The notes beneath the pieces were generated by a model. That model searched no databases. It worked only from the letters and a program-made list of their open reading frames with translations, and had not been told where the DNA came from. Shown here one piece after another: positions 9,259 through 18,106 of a stretch of 64,000 nucleotides of DNA. The stretch spans positions 342,327 to 406,326 of the forward strand of contig CAZRCZ010000001.1 of assembly GCA_964598765.1 (NCBI GenBank), written 5' to 3'. Source of the DNA: an uncultured Candidatus Sumerlaeota bacterium. GTDB lineage: Bacteria > Sumerlaeota > Sumerlaeia > MVZB01 > JAJFLK01. A program made the translations under genes and the position numbers. The stretch's first letter is position 1; the number at the start of each line of letters is the position of its first letter.

Positions 9259-11223
9259 TTACGGCTTGGACGAAGTCGGTTTCTTCTCGGACGCTTCCGC
9301 AAGCCGATTAACAACCATCGAGACGGTAAGCAATCCATCCGGTAGCACGATTGGCTCGCCCGGGCGTCCAGCGGGAAAAACCACATAGAGCGGCACGCCG
9401 CTCCTGCCGAACTGATGCAGGACTCGGGTGATTTCCGGCGAGCGGTTTGTGTAATCCGCCTTGAGCGTAATTACATTGTATTTCGCAAGAGCGTCTTGAA
9501 TCGCCTGAGTGGCGAGAACGGCTTTTTCATTCACCTTGCATGTCAAGCACCAATCGGCGGTGAAATCCACGAAGACGGTTTTATTTTCCGCCGCCAGCTT
9601 TTCGACCAAATCCACGCTGAACGATTGCCATTGGATTTTGCCATCGGCGATTGAAACTGTTTGGCGCGCGTCAATTCCGGGTTTTTCCTTTACTCTCAGA
9701 AATCTTTCGGGAAAATAAAGATAGGACACAAGAATCAACGCCGATGCTGAAGCGGCGAAGGTGAGCCGCTTCTTATTTGTTGCTCGCAGATCAAATCCGA
9801 GACCGAGCAACCAGCAAGCCAATCCTACCACCGTCAAAAAAGCCAGCGTTTGAATGATACCCTCCGAACCGATTTGTCCTCCCACGACCGACAACAACCA
9901 CACCACAGTCGCCATCAAAAGAAATCCCATTATCTGTTTGAAGACGTCCATCCACGCGCCCGGTTTGGGCATGAATTTGAGCCAGCCCGGTTTGGCGGTC
10001 AGCAAAACGTAAGGCGAGGCTAGCCCGCCGGCAATGGCGAGAAAAAAAAGATAAATGACGAGCGGCGGTTGCGCGAAGGCAAATCCCAAGGCGGGAGCCA
10101 GTAGGGGAGCCGTGCAGGGCGTCGCTAAAGCCGTGGCTAGTACGCCGTTGAAAAACGCCCCAGCCGCCCCCTCACGTCTTTGCAATCCTTCCACCCCTTC
10201 GATGGCCGTCCCGGGCAGTTCGACGGTGAAGACTCCGAAGAGGCTCAACCCGAACGCGAAGACAATCGCGCACATGAGAATCACGAAGCGCGGTTCTTGG
10301 AATTGAAATCCCCACCCGATTTGCGTTCCCGCGCCTTGAACCGCAACGACCACCGACGCCAAGGCGGCGAAGGATGCGAAAACTCCCAAGGCAAAAACAA
10401 GACCGAGCCGGAAAACACGCTTCGGTTCTTCGCCCGATTGTCGGACAAAACTCAAAATTTTGATCGAAAGGACGGGCAAAACGCAGGGCATGATGTTCAG
10501 CAACAGCCCGCCCAAAAACGCGAAGACCAAGAAACCGATCGTTGATTTCTCCGCTTTCGATTCCTTTTTCTCCTTCAAAAAAGAAAATACCTGTCCCTGC
10601 TCCGTCGCCTTGATCCCTTGCTCTTTTGGCGGAGTCGCCGTCGTCGCGACAGGGGTGGAGATCGGAGTCTCGCGTGGAACAGTCTCCGCGTAGTGATCGA
10701 ACAAAGAGGAGAAAGCCGAAGCGGCCGCTTTGCCGGCGGAAAGCGAAAGTTCAATTTCCATTTCTCCCGGAATACATTGGCCGTCCAGCTTGCAGACGAG
10801 CCAGTTCGTCTTGGCGGAAAGCTTATATTTCTTGTCGGACTCCAAATTCGTCGTCGGCGTCACGGAGGCGAAAATCAAAACCTCACTCTCGTAGCCGATA
10901 TTGACGATCCCGGCGGTTTCGATTCTTTTCGGCTCCGGCCATTGCAAGGGTCCGGCGGTGAATCCCTCGGGGAGTTCCCAATGGATTTCGGTCGGCAGGC
11001 CGATTTCTCCCGGCGTGTGCCAATAGATGTGCCACTGTGGGTCTATCTTGAACAACGCGCCGAGCCGGAACGGTTTCCCCGGCTCGATGGCGTCGGTATC
11101 GGCGATCAGCGAAACTTGAACGTGTTCTTCCTTTGCCGAAACCGCCGACGCAAAGCAAAAAGCGGCCATAAAAATTAGCAACGACGTTCGGCCGGTCTGT
11201 GAGCCTTGTTGCATCGAGTTCAT
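9259..11223 (-). CDS. dsbD: Thiol:disulfide interchange protein DsbD
   Basis: Signal peptide, central cytochrome-c-biogenesis-type transmembrane region (NIMPCVLPVLSIK), C-terminal thioredoxin fold with WCLTC motif. Start taken at ATG 11223 (signal peptide MNSMQQ...). Confidence 0.85.
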   Translation of the reverse strand: MNSMQQGSQTGRTSLLIFMAAFCFASAVSAKEEHVQVSLIADTDAIEPGKPFRLGALFKIDPQWHIYWHTPGEIGLPTEIHWELPEGFTAGPLQWPEPKRIETAGIVNIGYESEVLIFASVTPTTNLESDKKYKLSAKTNWLVCKLDGQCIPGEMEIELSLSAGKAAASAFSSLFDHYAETVPRETPISTPVATTATPPKEQGIKATEQGQVFSFLKEKKESKAEKSTIGFLVFAFLGGLLLNIMPCVLPVLSIKILSFVRQSGEEPKRVFRLGLVFALGVFASFAALASVVVAVQGAGTQIGWGFQFQEPRFVILMCAIVFAFGLSLFGVFTVELPGTAIEGVEGLQRREGAAGAFFNGVLATALATPCTAPLLAPALGFAFAQPPLVIYLFFLAIAGGLASPYVLLTAKPGWLKFMPKPGAWMDVFKQIMGFLLMATVVWLLSVVGGQIGSEGIIQTLAFLTVVGLACWLLGLGFDLRATNKKRLTFAASASALILVSYLYFPERFLRVKEKPGIDARQTVSIADGKIQWQSFSVDLVEKLAAENKTVFVDFTADWCLTCKVNEKAVLATQAIQDALAKYNVITLKADYTNRSPEITRVLHQFGRSGVPLYVVFPAGRPGEPIVLPDGLLTVSMVVNRLAEASEKKPTSSKP

Positions 11224-11930
11224 TTTGCCAGCCGCTTTTCTCTCGCGTTCTTGGTGTCCGCCGGGCAATACCGAAAATGGCGTTGAATCGGCGCCCATTC
11301 GTCGAGGCGATGGGATTCGCTTGTGCGCGGCGGATAGGAATCAATAACGAACGGCACTCCGTCGCGGTCGTGTTTATCCGAAACAATTGCGACGTGCCAA
11401 GGATGGCTGGCTTTGGGTTGGATGTAAAAAACAACGTCTCCCGCTTTCCACTCTCCCAACGACGAAGAGTCCATGGCAGTTGCGAGAGATTTGGCGTGGC
11501 GATTGAACCAAACGACAAGGTTTTGGCATCGGCGATGATCTATATTGGGATCGGGTTGTTTGTAATCCCAGATTTGGATTGGATAGGCTTCGGGATGTTC
11601 CCGCCGGTCTTCATGCAACAGTTTTTGAAGGTCAACGCCCGCATTACGAAATGCGCGAATGATCAAGTCGGTGCAAACTCCGGTGTCTCCGGGCACGTCG
11701 CCGCCGGGATATTTTATCGTTTGATATTCCATGATGTAAGGCGTGGCTTTGGCCGCCTCCCGTCTTGCTCCTTCAAGAATCAAGCCGGCAAATTGAGATT
11801 CATTGATTGACGAAGACGAAACAGGATCCGTCCACGCGCGCAAGGGAATAAATTGAGCGAGCGAGCCATACGCCAAGAATAAACAACCAAGAGGAAGCCG
11901 TATGGGAAAACCAGAAACTTTTAGCCGCAT
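11220..11930 (-). CDS. DUF1287 domain protein
   Basis: Motifs GVCTDLIIRAFRNAGVDLQ and PDPNIDHRR typical of DUF1287. Stop overlaps dsbD start (ATGA). Start chosen at ATG 11930 (signal-peptide-like MRLKVSGFPIRLPLGCLFLA), uncertain. Confidence 0.6.
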   Translation of the reverse strand: MRLKVSGFPIRLPLGCLFLAYGSLAQFIPLRAWTDPVSSSSINESQFAGLILEGARREAAKATPYIMEYQTIKYPGGDVPGDTGVCTDLIIRAFRNAGVDLQKLLHEDRREHPEAYPIQIWDYKQPDPNIDHRRCQNLVVWFNRHAKSLATAMDSSSLGEWKAGDVVFYIQPKASHPWHVAIVSDKHDRDGVPFVIDSYPPRTSESHRLDEWAPIQRHFRYCPADTKNAREKRLAK

Positions 11931-12045
11931 GGGTTCGATTCCAAGACGTTGAATTCTCAAGGCTAATCCTGCTAAAAAATAAAGACATTGGCCGCCATAT
12001 GCAAGTTTGGGGTTAAATCGGATCATTGTCTTGGAATCGGAAGTC

Positions 12046-12942
12046 ATGAAATTGCAGGAGGGCGAGGAAACAAAAGTGCGCGAACTGTTCAAGCGTGTCG
12101 GTCTCACGCTCGACATGATCAAATTTCCTCACACGATTTTCGCCCTCCCGTTCGCCCTTCTCTCCATGATCGTCGCCGCCGGAGGATGGCCGATCGGGCG
12201 CGAATTTTTCTGGATCGTCGCGGCGTGCGTCTTCGCCCGGTCGGCGGCGATGGCGTTCAACCGCCTCCATGACGAGCCTTTCGACCGGCAAAACCCCCGA
12301 ACAAAAAATTGGGCGTTGCCGTCCGGCAAACTCTCCCATCGTTTCGTTCTCGTCTTTCTTTTCATCTGCGTCGGCGGATTCGTCCTCTCCGCCGCGATGC
12401 TGAACACGCTGGCGTTATTGCTGTCCCCCGTCGCGCTCGCCATTCTTCTCGGATATTCCGTCACCAAGCGATTCACGGCGGCCAGCCATTTTTTTCTGGG
12501 GCTTGCGCTGGCCATCGCGCCGGTCGGAGCGTGGATTGCGATCCGGGGATCGTTCGCCTTGGCTCCGGTGGTTCTGGCGTTGGGGGTTCTTCTGTGGACC
12601 TCCGGCTTCGACATCATCTATTCCTGTCAGGACGCCGAAATAGACCGCAAACTTGGCCTCTTTTCGCTTCCGTCTAGGTGGGGGTTAAGACGCGCATTGG
12701 CGATTTCGGCGATGTGTCACGTTCTCGCGCTTGGGTCGTTTCTCGCCTTTTGGTGGTTGGTTCCTCTCGGTGGATGGTTTCTTTTCGCGCTCGCGGCTTG
12801 CGGGTGGTTGCTGGCGTATGAGCAGGAAATCATCTCGCCGGATGACCTCTCGCGGGTGGGTCAGGCGTTCTTCACGCTCAACGGCGTGGTCAGCATCGTG
12901 ATCTTCCTCGGCGGTTTGCTGGACATCTTGCTTGCCGGGTAA
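12046..12942 (+). CDS. UbiA-family aromatic prenyltransferase (possibly menaquinone/futalosine pathway)
   Basis: Polytopic membrane protein with NRLHDEPFD (NxxxDxxxD) prenyltransferase motif and a second Asp-rich region (YSCQDAEIDRK). ATG at 12046. Confidence 0.7.
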   Translation: MKLQEGEETKVRELFKRVGLTLDMIKFPHTIFALPFALLSMIVAAGGWPIGREFFWIVAACVFARSAAMAFNRLHDEPFDRQNPRTKNWALPSGKLSHRFVLVFLFICVGGFVLSAAMLNTLALLLSPVALAILLGYSVTKRFTAASHFFLGLALAIAPVGAWIAIRGSFALAPVVLALGVLLWTSGFDIIYSCQDAEIDRKLGLFSLPSRWGLRRALAISAMCHVLALGSFLAFWWLVPLGGWFLFALAACGWLLAYEQEIISPDDLSRVGQAFFTLNGVVSIVIFLGGLLDILLAG

Positions 12943-13042
12943 TTTTACTGGGTAATATTGTTGGATAAGATCGGTTTGGTCCAAGAGGAAACGCTCGCGT
13001 CTCGGTTGGCTCTACCATGCCTGAATTCAAGAAGACGCCCTC

Positions 13043-14485
13043 TCAACTACGCCCGAATCCTTTTCGGAGTTTCATCGCGGCGCGGACCAGAGACGATCCT
13101 TTAAGTGTTTTCATTTCCTTTTCCAGCCGCGCGAGTCCGGCGACCAGTTCCTGATTTTCGGCCATCAGCGAGGATTCTTCATTGCCGCGGCGCCAAAGCT
13201 CGGAGGGCGTCGCGCCTCCGACTCGCCGCCATTCGCGCAGATCTCCAGCGGATTGCGGATTGGAAGCCCAGCGCATGAGGGGACTGAGACATTTTTCCGG
13301 CGAGTATTCCTCCCGAAGATATTTTTGCGCGCCGAGCGTTTGCGCTCGGAACTTTTCGGGGCGTTCCGCGATTTGAACGATGGCGGATGCGACTGCCTCG
13401 GCGTCTGCTTGTTCAACGCCGACAACGTAATCTATCTCGGCCAAATCCAGCGTCAGCTCGCAACCGATGGTCGAGACCACGGGCAATCGCCCCATGATCC
13501 AATCCATGATGCGATTTCGCGTGCCGAGCCAACCTTCCGCCGAGGGGAGGTCCACGTTCAGTCCGAGATCACACTCCTGAATGATTCGGGGAACGCGACC
13601 CAGCGGAATCCAACCGAGCAGATGATAGCGATCTTTATTCGGCGATGAGGCGACGAGGGACTGAAACCGCGCGAACGATTTTTCGTTGTGGCCGGGGATC
13701 GCGCCGCCGGTGCAGGCGAACCGCAATTTGGGAAGGCGCCGCATTGCTATTTCCAGCGCGGCGAACAACGTCTCCACGTCGAGCCAAGTGTTGAAGCCTC
13801 CGGATTGAAAGACGAGGAAGGAATCGGCGGGCGCCGCAACGCCCCTCAAAAAAGGACCCGGCTCCGACGCGGGAGGAATCGGCTCAAGCCAAGGCGGAAC
13901 GAGATTGGCGAGTCGTTCGGCGGCGGTGTGCCGATTGAGCCGCCCCAGCGTCGCCATTTCCCCCAAGAGCGCCCCTACCTGAAACGTCGAACATCCCGAA
14001 ACTCGGTCGGCCCGGCGGAGCGCCGGAGCGAGGGTTTTCCATTGATCCGCTAATCCGTCGTCGCTCTCGTGCAGACGGGCGAGCATTTGCCGCTCGGCCA
14101 TCGGATCGCCGAAGTAATCGCACCAGAGAGGGATATCGGTTTCCATTTGCGCGAGTTCGCGGTTGACCAGATCGGTCGAGCCGATGGCGGCAACCGCGCC
14201 GAATTCACGGGCTTCATTGGCAAAAACTTCGGCGAGCTTGCGCCGTTGGAGATCAAGGACGCGAGGTTTAGGGAAATCGCAACCCGGAGACAAATCGAAC
14301 ACAAAAACTTTTTCGAGCGGCGCTCCCCAAAATTGAACCGTGGCCAAACGAAGGCGATGTCCCCGCGCCAGCAACTGCCGGGCGATTCCCCAAATCCGCA
14401 ATCCGGGCGCGAAGAGCCGGTCCGGATTTTCCGGCGGCAGGGGACCGACTCCGGCGCAAAAGATGGGAGGACGCGGCTCTTTCAT
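13043..14485 (-). CDS. Glycosyltransferase family 1/4-like protein with C-terminal coiled-coil tail
   Basis: 480-aa ORF; central region (LVFQSGGFNTWLDVETLFAAL...LLGWIPLGRVPRIIQECDLGLN) resembles GT-B C-terminal domain. Start taken at ATG 14485; assignment tentative. Confidence 0.45.
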   Translation of the reverse strand: MKEPRPPIFCAGVGPLPPENPDRLFAPGLRIWGIARQLLARGHRLRLATVQFWGAPLEKVFVFDLSPGCDFPKPRVLDLQRRKLAEVFANEAREFGAVAAIGSTDLVNRELAQMETDIPLWCDYFGDPMAERQMLARLHESDDGLADQWKTLAPALRRADRVSGCSTFQVGALLGEMATLGRLNRHTAAERLANLVPPWLEPIPPASEPGPFLRGVAAPADSFLVFQSGGFNTWLDVETLFAALEIAMRRLPKLRFACTGGAIPGHNEKSFARFQSLVASSPNKDRYHLLGWIPLGRVPRIIQECDLGLNVDLPSAEGWLGTRNRIMDWIMGRLPVVSTIGCELTLDLAEIDYVVGVEQADAEAVASAIVQIAERPEKFRAQTLGAQKYLREEYSPEKCLSPLMRWASNPQSAGDLREWRRVGGATPSELWRRGNEESSLMAENQELVAGLARLEKEMKTLKGSSLVRAAMKLRKGFGRS

Positions 14486-14611
14486 CCCCCCAGCTTGGAA
14501 CGATCCCGCGCAAGGCTCAAATCTTTTTTTTGTCACGGATTTTGCGGATTAAACAGATTATGTTTCGAAAAGTCCAAGGCAATATCTGTGTAATCCGCGA
14601 AATCCGCGACT

Positions 14612-14658
14612 TGAAAGAAAAAGCGGGGAGACCGAAGCTTGGACTTCGATCTCCCCGC
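14612..14658 (-). terminator. Intrinsic terminator downstream of sigma-factor gene
   Basis: 15-bp stem gcggggagaccgaag / cttcgatctccccgc (1 mismatch) with 6-nt loop at 14623-14658, followed on the minus strand by a U-rich run (plus-strand gaaagaaaaa 14612-14622). Confidence 0.6.
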
Positions 14659-14694
14659 CGGTTGATGGCCGCGCGTCCTTTGCCGCGCAGACGC

Positions 14695-15522
14695 TCAGAG
14701 CAGTCCGACGACGGCCTCCCGAATCGAAGGCCGGCGGAGCTTGGCGAGGGCGCGTTGTTCGACGCGACGGATTCCCTCCTGACTCATGCCCAGCCGGGCG
14801 CTGACCTTGCGCAGACTGCGCCCCTTGCCGTTGTTCAACCCAAATCGCTCGCTAATGACGGCCGATTCGCGTTCGTTCAAGTTTTGAATGATGGATATAA
14901 TTTTGGCCGACCGCTCGTGCTCCAGACTTTCGTTTTGGGTCGGGCGGTTCCGATTGTCGGGGATAAACTCCAGCAGAGGCGTGCCCTCCTCGTCTATCGG
15001 CGCGTCGAGCGAAAGGACCGTGTCGCCCAAACGAGCCAATTCGCGCGCCTGTGGCTGGGTGATTTTCAACCGCTCGGCCAATTCCCGTTCGGTCGGCGGG
15101 CGCCCCTTGATTGCCCATGACTCCTGAATGAATTCACTCATGAATCCGAGTTGCCGCGCCTTGCGGATGGGGATGCGGATCAGCGAACCGCGTTGGCGGA
15201 TCGCCAATTGAATGGCTTGGCGAATCCAGTAGGCGGCGTAGGTGGAGAAACGATAGCCAAGTTTGTAATCGAATTTTTCAATCGCTTCCAGCAGGCCGAC
15301 GTTTCCCTCTTGGATCAGATCCTCCAAGGGAAGACCCTTGGAGCGAAAGCGCTGGCAAATTTGGACAACGAACTTAAGATTGCACTTGACTAGTTCTTCG
15401 CGCGCGTCGGCGATTCCATCGGCCATTCGCTTGAAAAGGGAGACCTCTTCCTCCCGCGTTAGGACCCGGTTTTGGCTGACCTCGCTCAAATAAAACTGAA
15501 GGCTGGTGACCGTTTCGGACAT
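14695..15522 (-). CDS. RNA polymerase sigma factor, sigma-70 family
   Basis: Region 2 (DLIQEGNVGLLEAIEKFDYKLGYRFSTYAAYWIRQAI) and region 4 HTH (RESAVISERFGL...SLRKVSARLGMSQEGIRRVEQRALAKLR). ATG at 15522. Confidence 0.85.
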   Translation of the reverse strand: MSETVTSLQFYLSEVSQNRVLTREEEVSLFKRMADGIADAREELVKCNLKFVVQICQRFRSKGLPLEDLIQEGNVGLLEAIEKFDYKLGYRFSTYAAYWIRQAIQLAIRQRGSLIRIPIRKARQLGFMSEFIQESWAIKGRPPTERELAERLKITQPQARELARLGDTVLSLDAPIDEEGTPLLEFIPDNRNRPTQNESLEHERSAKIISIIQNLNERESAVISERFGLNNGKGRSLRKVSARLGMSQEGIRRVEQRALAKLRRPSIREAVVGLL

Positions 15523-15805
15523 TCTTGAAAAACCTCACTGAGTCTGTAAAGCAAGTTGGATACCATCGGCGGCCTTAGTTGGCATTAGCTTTGTATGACG
15601 ATATAAAGCTATAATTCACAACAATTTAAGACCAATTTCGGTCCGAAGATTTTGGTGATGGGGAAATAGTCTTCGCACATAATTTGTGCTTTTTTGAGTG
15701 CTACGCCGCCTGCTGTGCGAAAAATCGCACATTGCCGCCGATCCGTGAAATCTCTATAAGGACGGAAAGATTTGGTGTAGATTTCTGAAAGCGAAAGGCA
15801 GACCC

Positions 15806-16081
15806 ATGAACATTTCAAAGACCAGCCGTAACATCATCTTCGGGGCATTGGGGATGGTGGGATTTTGGGCTGGGTTAGTATGTATAGGTTTGTTCTTCGG
15901 TCCACGAATTTTGGACAGCCTGAGCCGGAACGATCCCTCCGCGGAACGACAACAGACGAGGGCGAATTTGGAGTTGAGCCGAAGATTGCTTCAATCGTCG
16001 AAGCCACCGGAAGATGAAATAGATCAGCTTCTGGACGCGAATGGAAATTTGGGGAACGAACATGGAACTGAGCGCAGATAA
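15806..16081 (+). CDS. Hypothetical small membrane protein
   Basis: 91-aa ORF with one hydrophobic helix (IIFGALGMVGFWAGLVCIGLFF); no recognisable family. Confidence 0.3.
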   Translation: MNISKTSRNIIFGALGMVGFWAGLVCIGLFFGPRILDSLSRNDPSAERQQTRANLELSRRLLQSSKPPEDEIDQLLDANGNLGNEHGTERR

Positions 16082-16781
16082 AGTTATCGCGATCACGGGG
16101 GCCTCGAGGGGAATCGGCCGGGCGACGGCGTTGGCGCTCGCGGAGGAAGGAACGCGGCTTGCGATCATGGCGCGCTCGACGGAAGCCTTGAGCGAGCTCG
16201 ATGTTGAATTACGAAAGCGCGGAGCGGTGGATGTTTTTTATCATGCGACCGATTTGACCGAAGAGGGAAGTTGCGAAAAATGGATTCAGGCGATTTTGGA
16301 CCGTTGGGGAAGAATTGACGCGCTCATCAACAACGCGGGAATCGGAATCATGAAACCGGTTGAGCAACTCGCCGACGAAGACTGGGCGCGGGTAATCCGG
16401 ACCAACCTGACCGCGCCGTTTCGCCTGATCCGCTCGGTGATCGGTCCGATGCGCAAACAGGGGGGAGGGCACATCATCAACGTTTCCTCGATCGCCGGCG
16501 AAGTGGGATTCGCCGGAGGGGGAGCCTATTGCGCGAGCAAATTCGGATTGCAGGGACTGTCCGATTGTCTCATGCAGGAAGTCCGGCGCGACGGGATCAA
16601 GGTGACGATTCTCGGACCCGGATCGGTCAACACGAGGTTCGAGGGTAAAGGGGGCGAGGGAGCCTCATGGAAAATTCAACCCGAAGAAATTGCCCGGACC
16701 ATTGTTTATCTTCTGAAATCTCCGGATAATGTCATGGCGACGAAATTGCAAATCAGGCCGACATTGAAGGGGAAGAGTTGA
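16062..16781 (+). CDS. SDR-family short-chain dehydrogenase/reductase
   Basis: N-terminal TGASRGIGRA cofactor motif, NNAG, catalytic YCASK. Start at ATG 16062 (GGGGA 8 nt upstream). Confidence 0.85.
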   Translation: MELSADKVIAITGASRGIGRATALALAEEGTRLAIMARSTEALSELDVELRKRGAVDVFYHATDLTEEGSCEKWIQAILDRWGRIDALINNAGIGIMKPVEQLADEDWARVIRTNLTAPFRLIRSVIGPMRKQGGGHIINVSSIAGEVGFAGGGAYCASKFGLQGLSDCLMQEVRRDGIKVTILGPGSVNTRFEGKGGEGASWKIQPEEIARTIVYLLKSPDNVMATKLQIRPTLKGKS

Positions 16782-16840
16782 AAGGATTTTGGATGAGCGG
16801 GAAGAAGGCGGAGTGAAATGAGATTAAAATTAAGATTAGG

Positions 16841-16888
16841 AGCAAGAGCAAGAGCAAGAGCAAGAGTAAGAGTAAGAGTAAGAGCAAG
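16841..16888 (+). repeat. Hexanucleotide tandem repeat (AGCAAG/AGTAAG) x8 in fmt leader
   Basis: agcaag x4, agtaag x3, agcaag x1 read directly; lies 64-111 nt upstream of fmt ATG. Confidence 0.9.
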
Positions 16889-16951
16889 AGAAGCGGAATC
16901 GGAATCTTAAGTTTCCAACCTCAAAACTCGGATCTAAAATTAAAGTTTAAG

Positions 16952-17911
16952 ATGAAAATTTGTTTCATGGGAACGCCCGACTTCGCGGTGCCGGCTTTGG
17001 ATCGGTTGCTGGCAAGCCGCCACGAGGTTTGTCTCGTCGTCACGCAACCGAGCAAACCGAAAGGGAGGGGACGTAAGATCGCCGATCCGCCGATCAAGAC
17101 TCTCGCCGGCGGGCGCGGGATTCCAGTCCTTCAACCCGTGAGTCTCAAGAAGGAACCGTTGGAGGACAAAATCAAGGAATCCGGCATTGACGCCATCGTC
17201 ATCGTGGCCTACGGAAAAATTTTGCCCGAATCGCTCTTGAACGCGCCGCGATTGGGATGTCTCAACATTCACGCTTCGCTCCTTCCGAAATATCGAGGAG
17301 CCGCGCCGATCCAGCGCGCCTTGATGGACGGACAAATGGAGACCGGCGTGACGATCATGAAGGTCGTTCCGCAATTGGACGCCGGACCCATCATCGCGCA
17401 AGAGCGGGTCGAAATTCACGACGACGACGACGCGCTTTCGCTCGCCAACGTGTTGAGCGTCGTCGGAGCCGATTTGCTTCTCCGCGTGTTGGACGACATC
17501 GAACGGGAAGGGGTCATTGAAGGGGAAGCGCAAGACGAAACCGAAGCGACTTATGCGGCGATGATTTCCAAAAGCGACGGGGAGATTCCGTGGAAAGCGA
17601 CTTCGCATGAGATCATGTTTCGTCTTCGAGCGCTCTCGCCATGGCCGGGACTATTCACCACGCTCGACGGCAAACGACTGCGCGTTCACCAAGCCGAGCC
17701 GATGTCCGAAGATGAAGCGGAGAAGATTGGAGCGGATGATGCCCTCGCGCCGGGATCAGTTTCGGGATTCTTGAAGGAATTCGGATTCGCCATCCGGACG
17801 GGAGACGGGCATTTGCTAATTCGCCAACTTCAACTCGAAGGAAAACAGGCAACCGAAGCCGATGCGTTTCTCCATGGGCATCCCTTGAAGATCGGGACGA
17901 AATTGGGTTAG
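16952..17911 (+). CDS. fmt: Methionyl-tRNA formyltransferase
   Basis: MKICFMGTPDFAVPAL..., HASLLPKYRGAAPIQRAL, C-terminal domain; typical length 319 aa. Confidence 0.93.
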   Translation: MKICFMGTPDFAVPALDRLLASRHEVCLVVTQPSKPKGRGRKIADPPIKTLAGGRGIPVLQPVSLKKEPLEDKIKESGIDAIVIVAYGKILPESLLNAPRLGCLNIHASLLPKYRGAAPIQRALMDGQMETGVTIMKVVPQLDAGPIIAQERVEIHDDDDALSLANVLSVVGADLLLRVLDDIEREGVIEGEAQDETEATYAAMISKSDGEIPWKATSHEIMFRLRALSPWPGLFTTLDGKRLRVHQAEPMSEDEAEKIGADDALAPGSVSGFLKEFGFAIRTGDGHLLIRQLQLEGKQATEADAFLHGHPLKIGTKLG

Positions 17912-18019
17912 CGCGATTTCATCAAAAGAGGATGAGGCGTTCCTCCCCTGAATCAGGGCGCGTATTAATCCTTGCGGGTATTCCGCAACCCCTTCGGGGT
18001 TGAATGGGCATCGCGCCAA

Positions 18020-18081
18020 CCCAAGGTAGCTTCGCATGGCTCGGCAACCTTGGGCTTCGATTCGGGACGCCGTTGGCGTCC
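18020..18081 (+). repeat. REP-like double-hairpin element, copy 1
   Basis: cccaaggtagc...ggcaaccttggg hairpin followed by gggacgcc-gtt-ggcgtcc hairpin; ~80% identical to the reverse complement of 21185-21248. Confidence 0.8.
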
Positions 18082-18106
18082 TCGGAGCATCTTCCAGTTT
18101 ATGAAA

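Noticed and set aside
16841-16888. Possible CRISPR array (tandem short repeats)
   Set aside because: Repeat unit is only 6 nt with no spacers; it is a simple sequence repeat, not direct repeats separated by unique spacers, and no cas genes are present.
17912-18106. Possible tRNA or other canonical RNA gene in the fmt-dnaB spacer
   Set aside because: Hairpins do not assemble into a cloverleaf with a T-loop GTTCRA motif; better explained as a REP-like element plus terminator-type stems.
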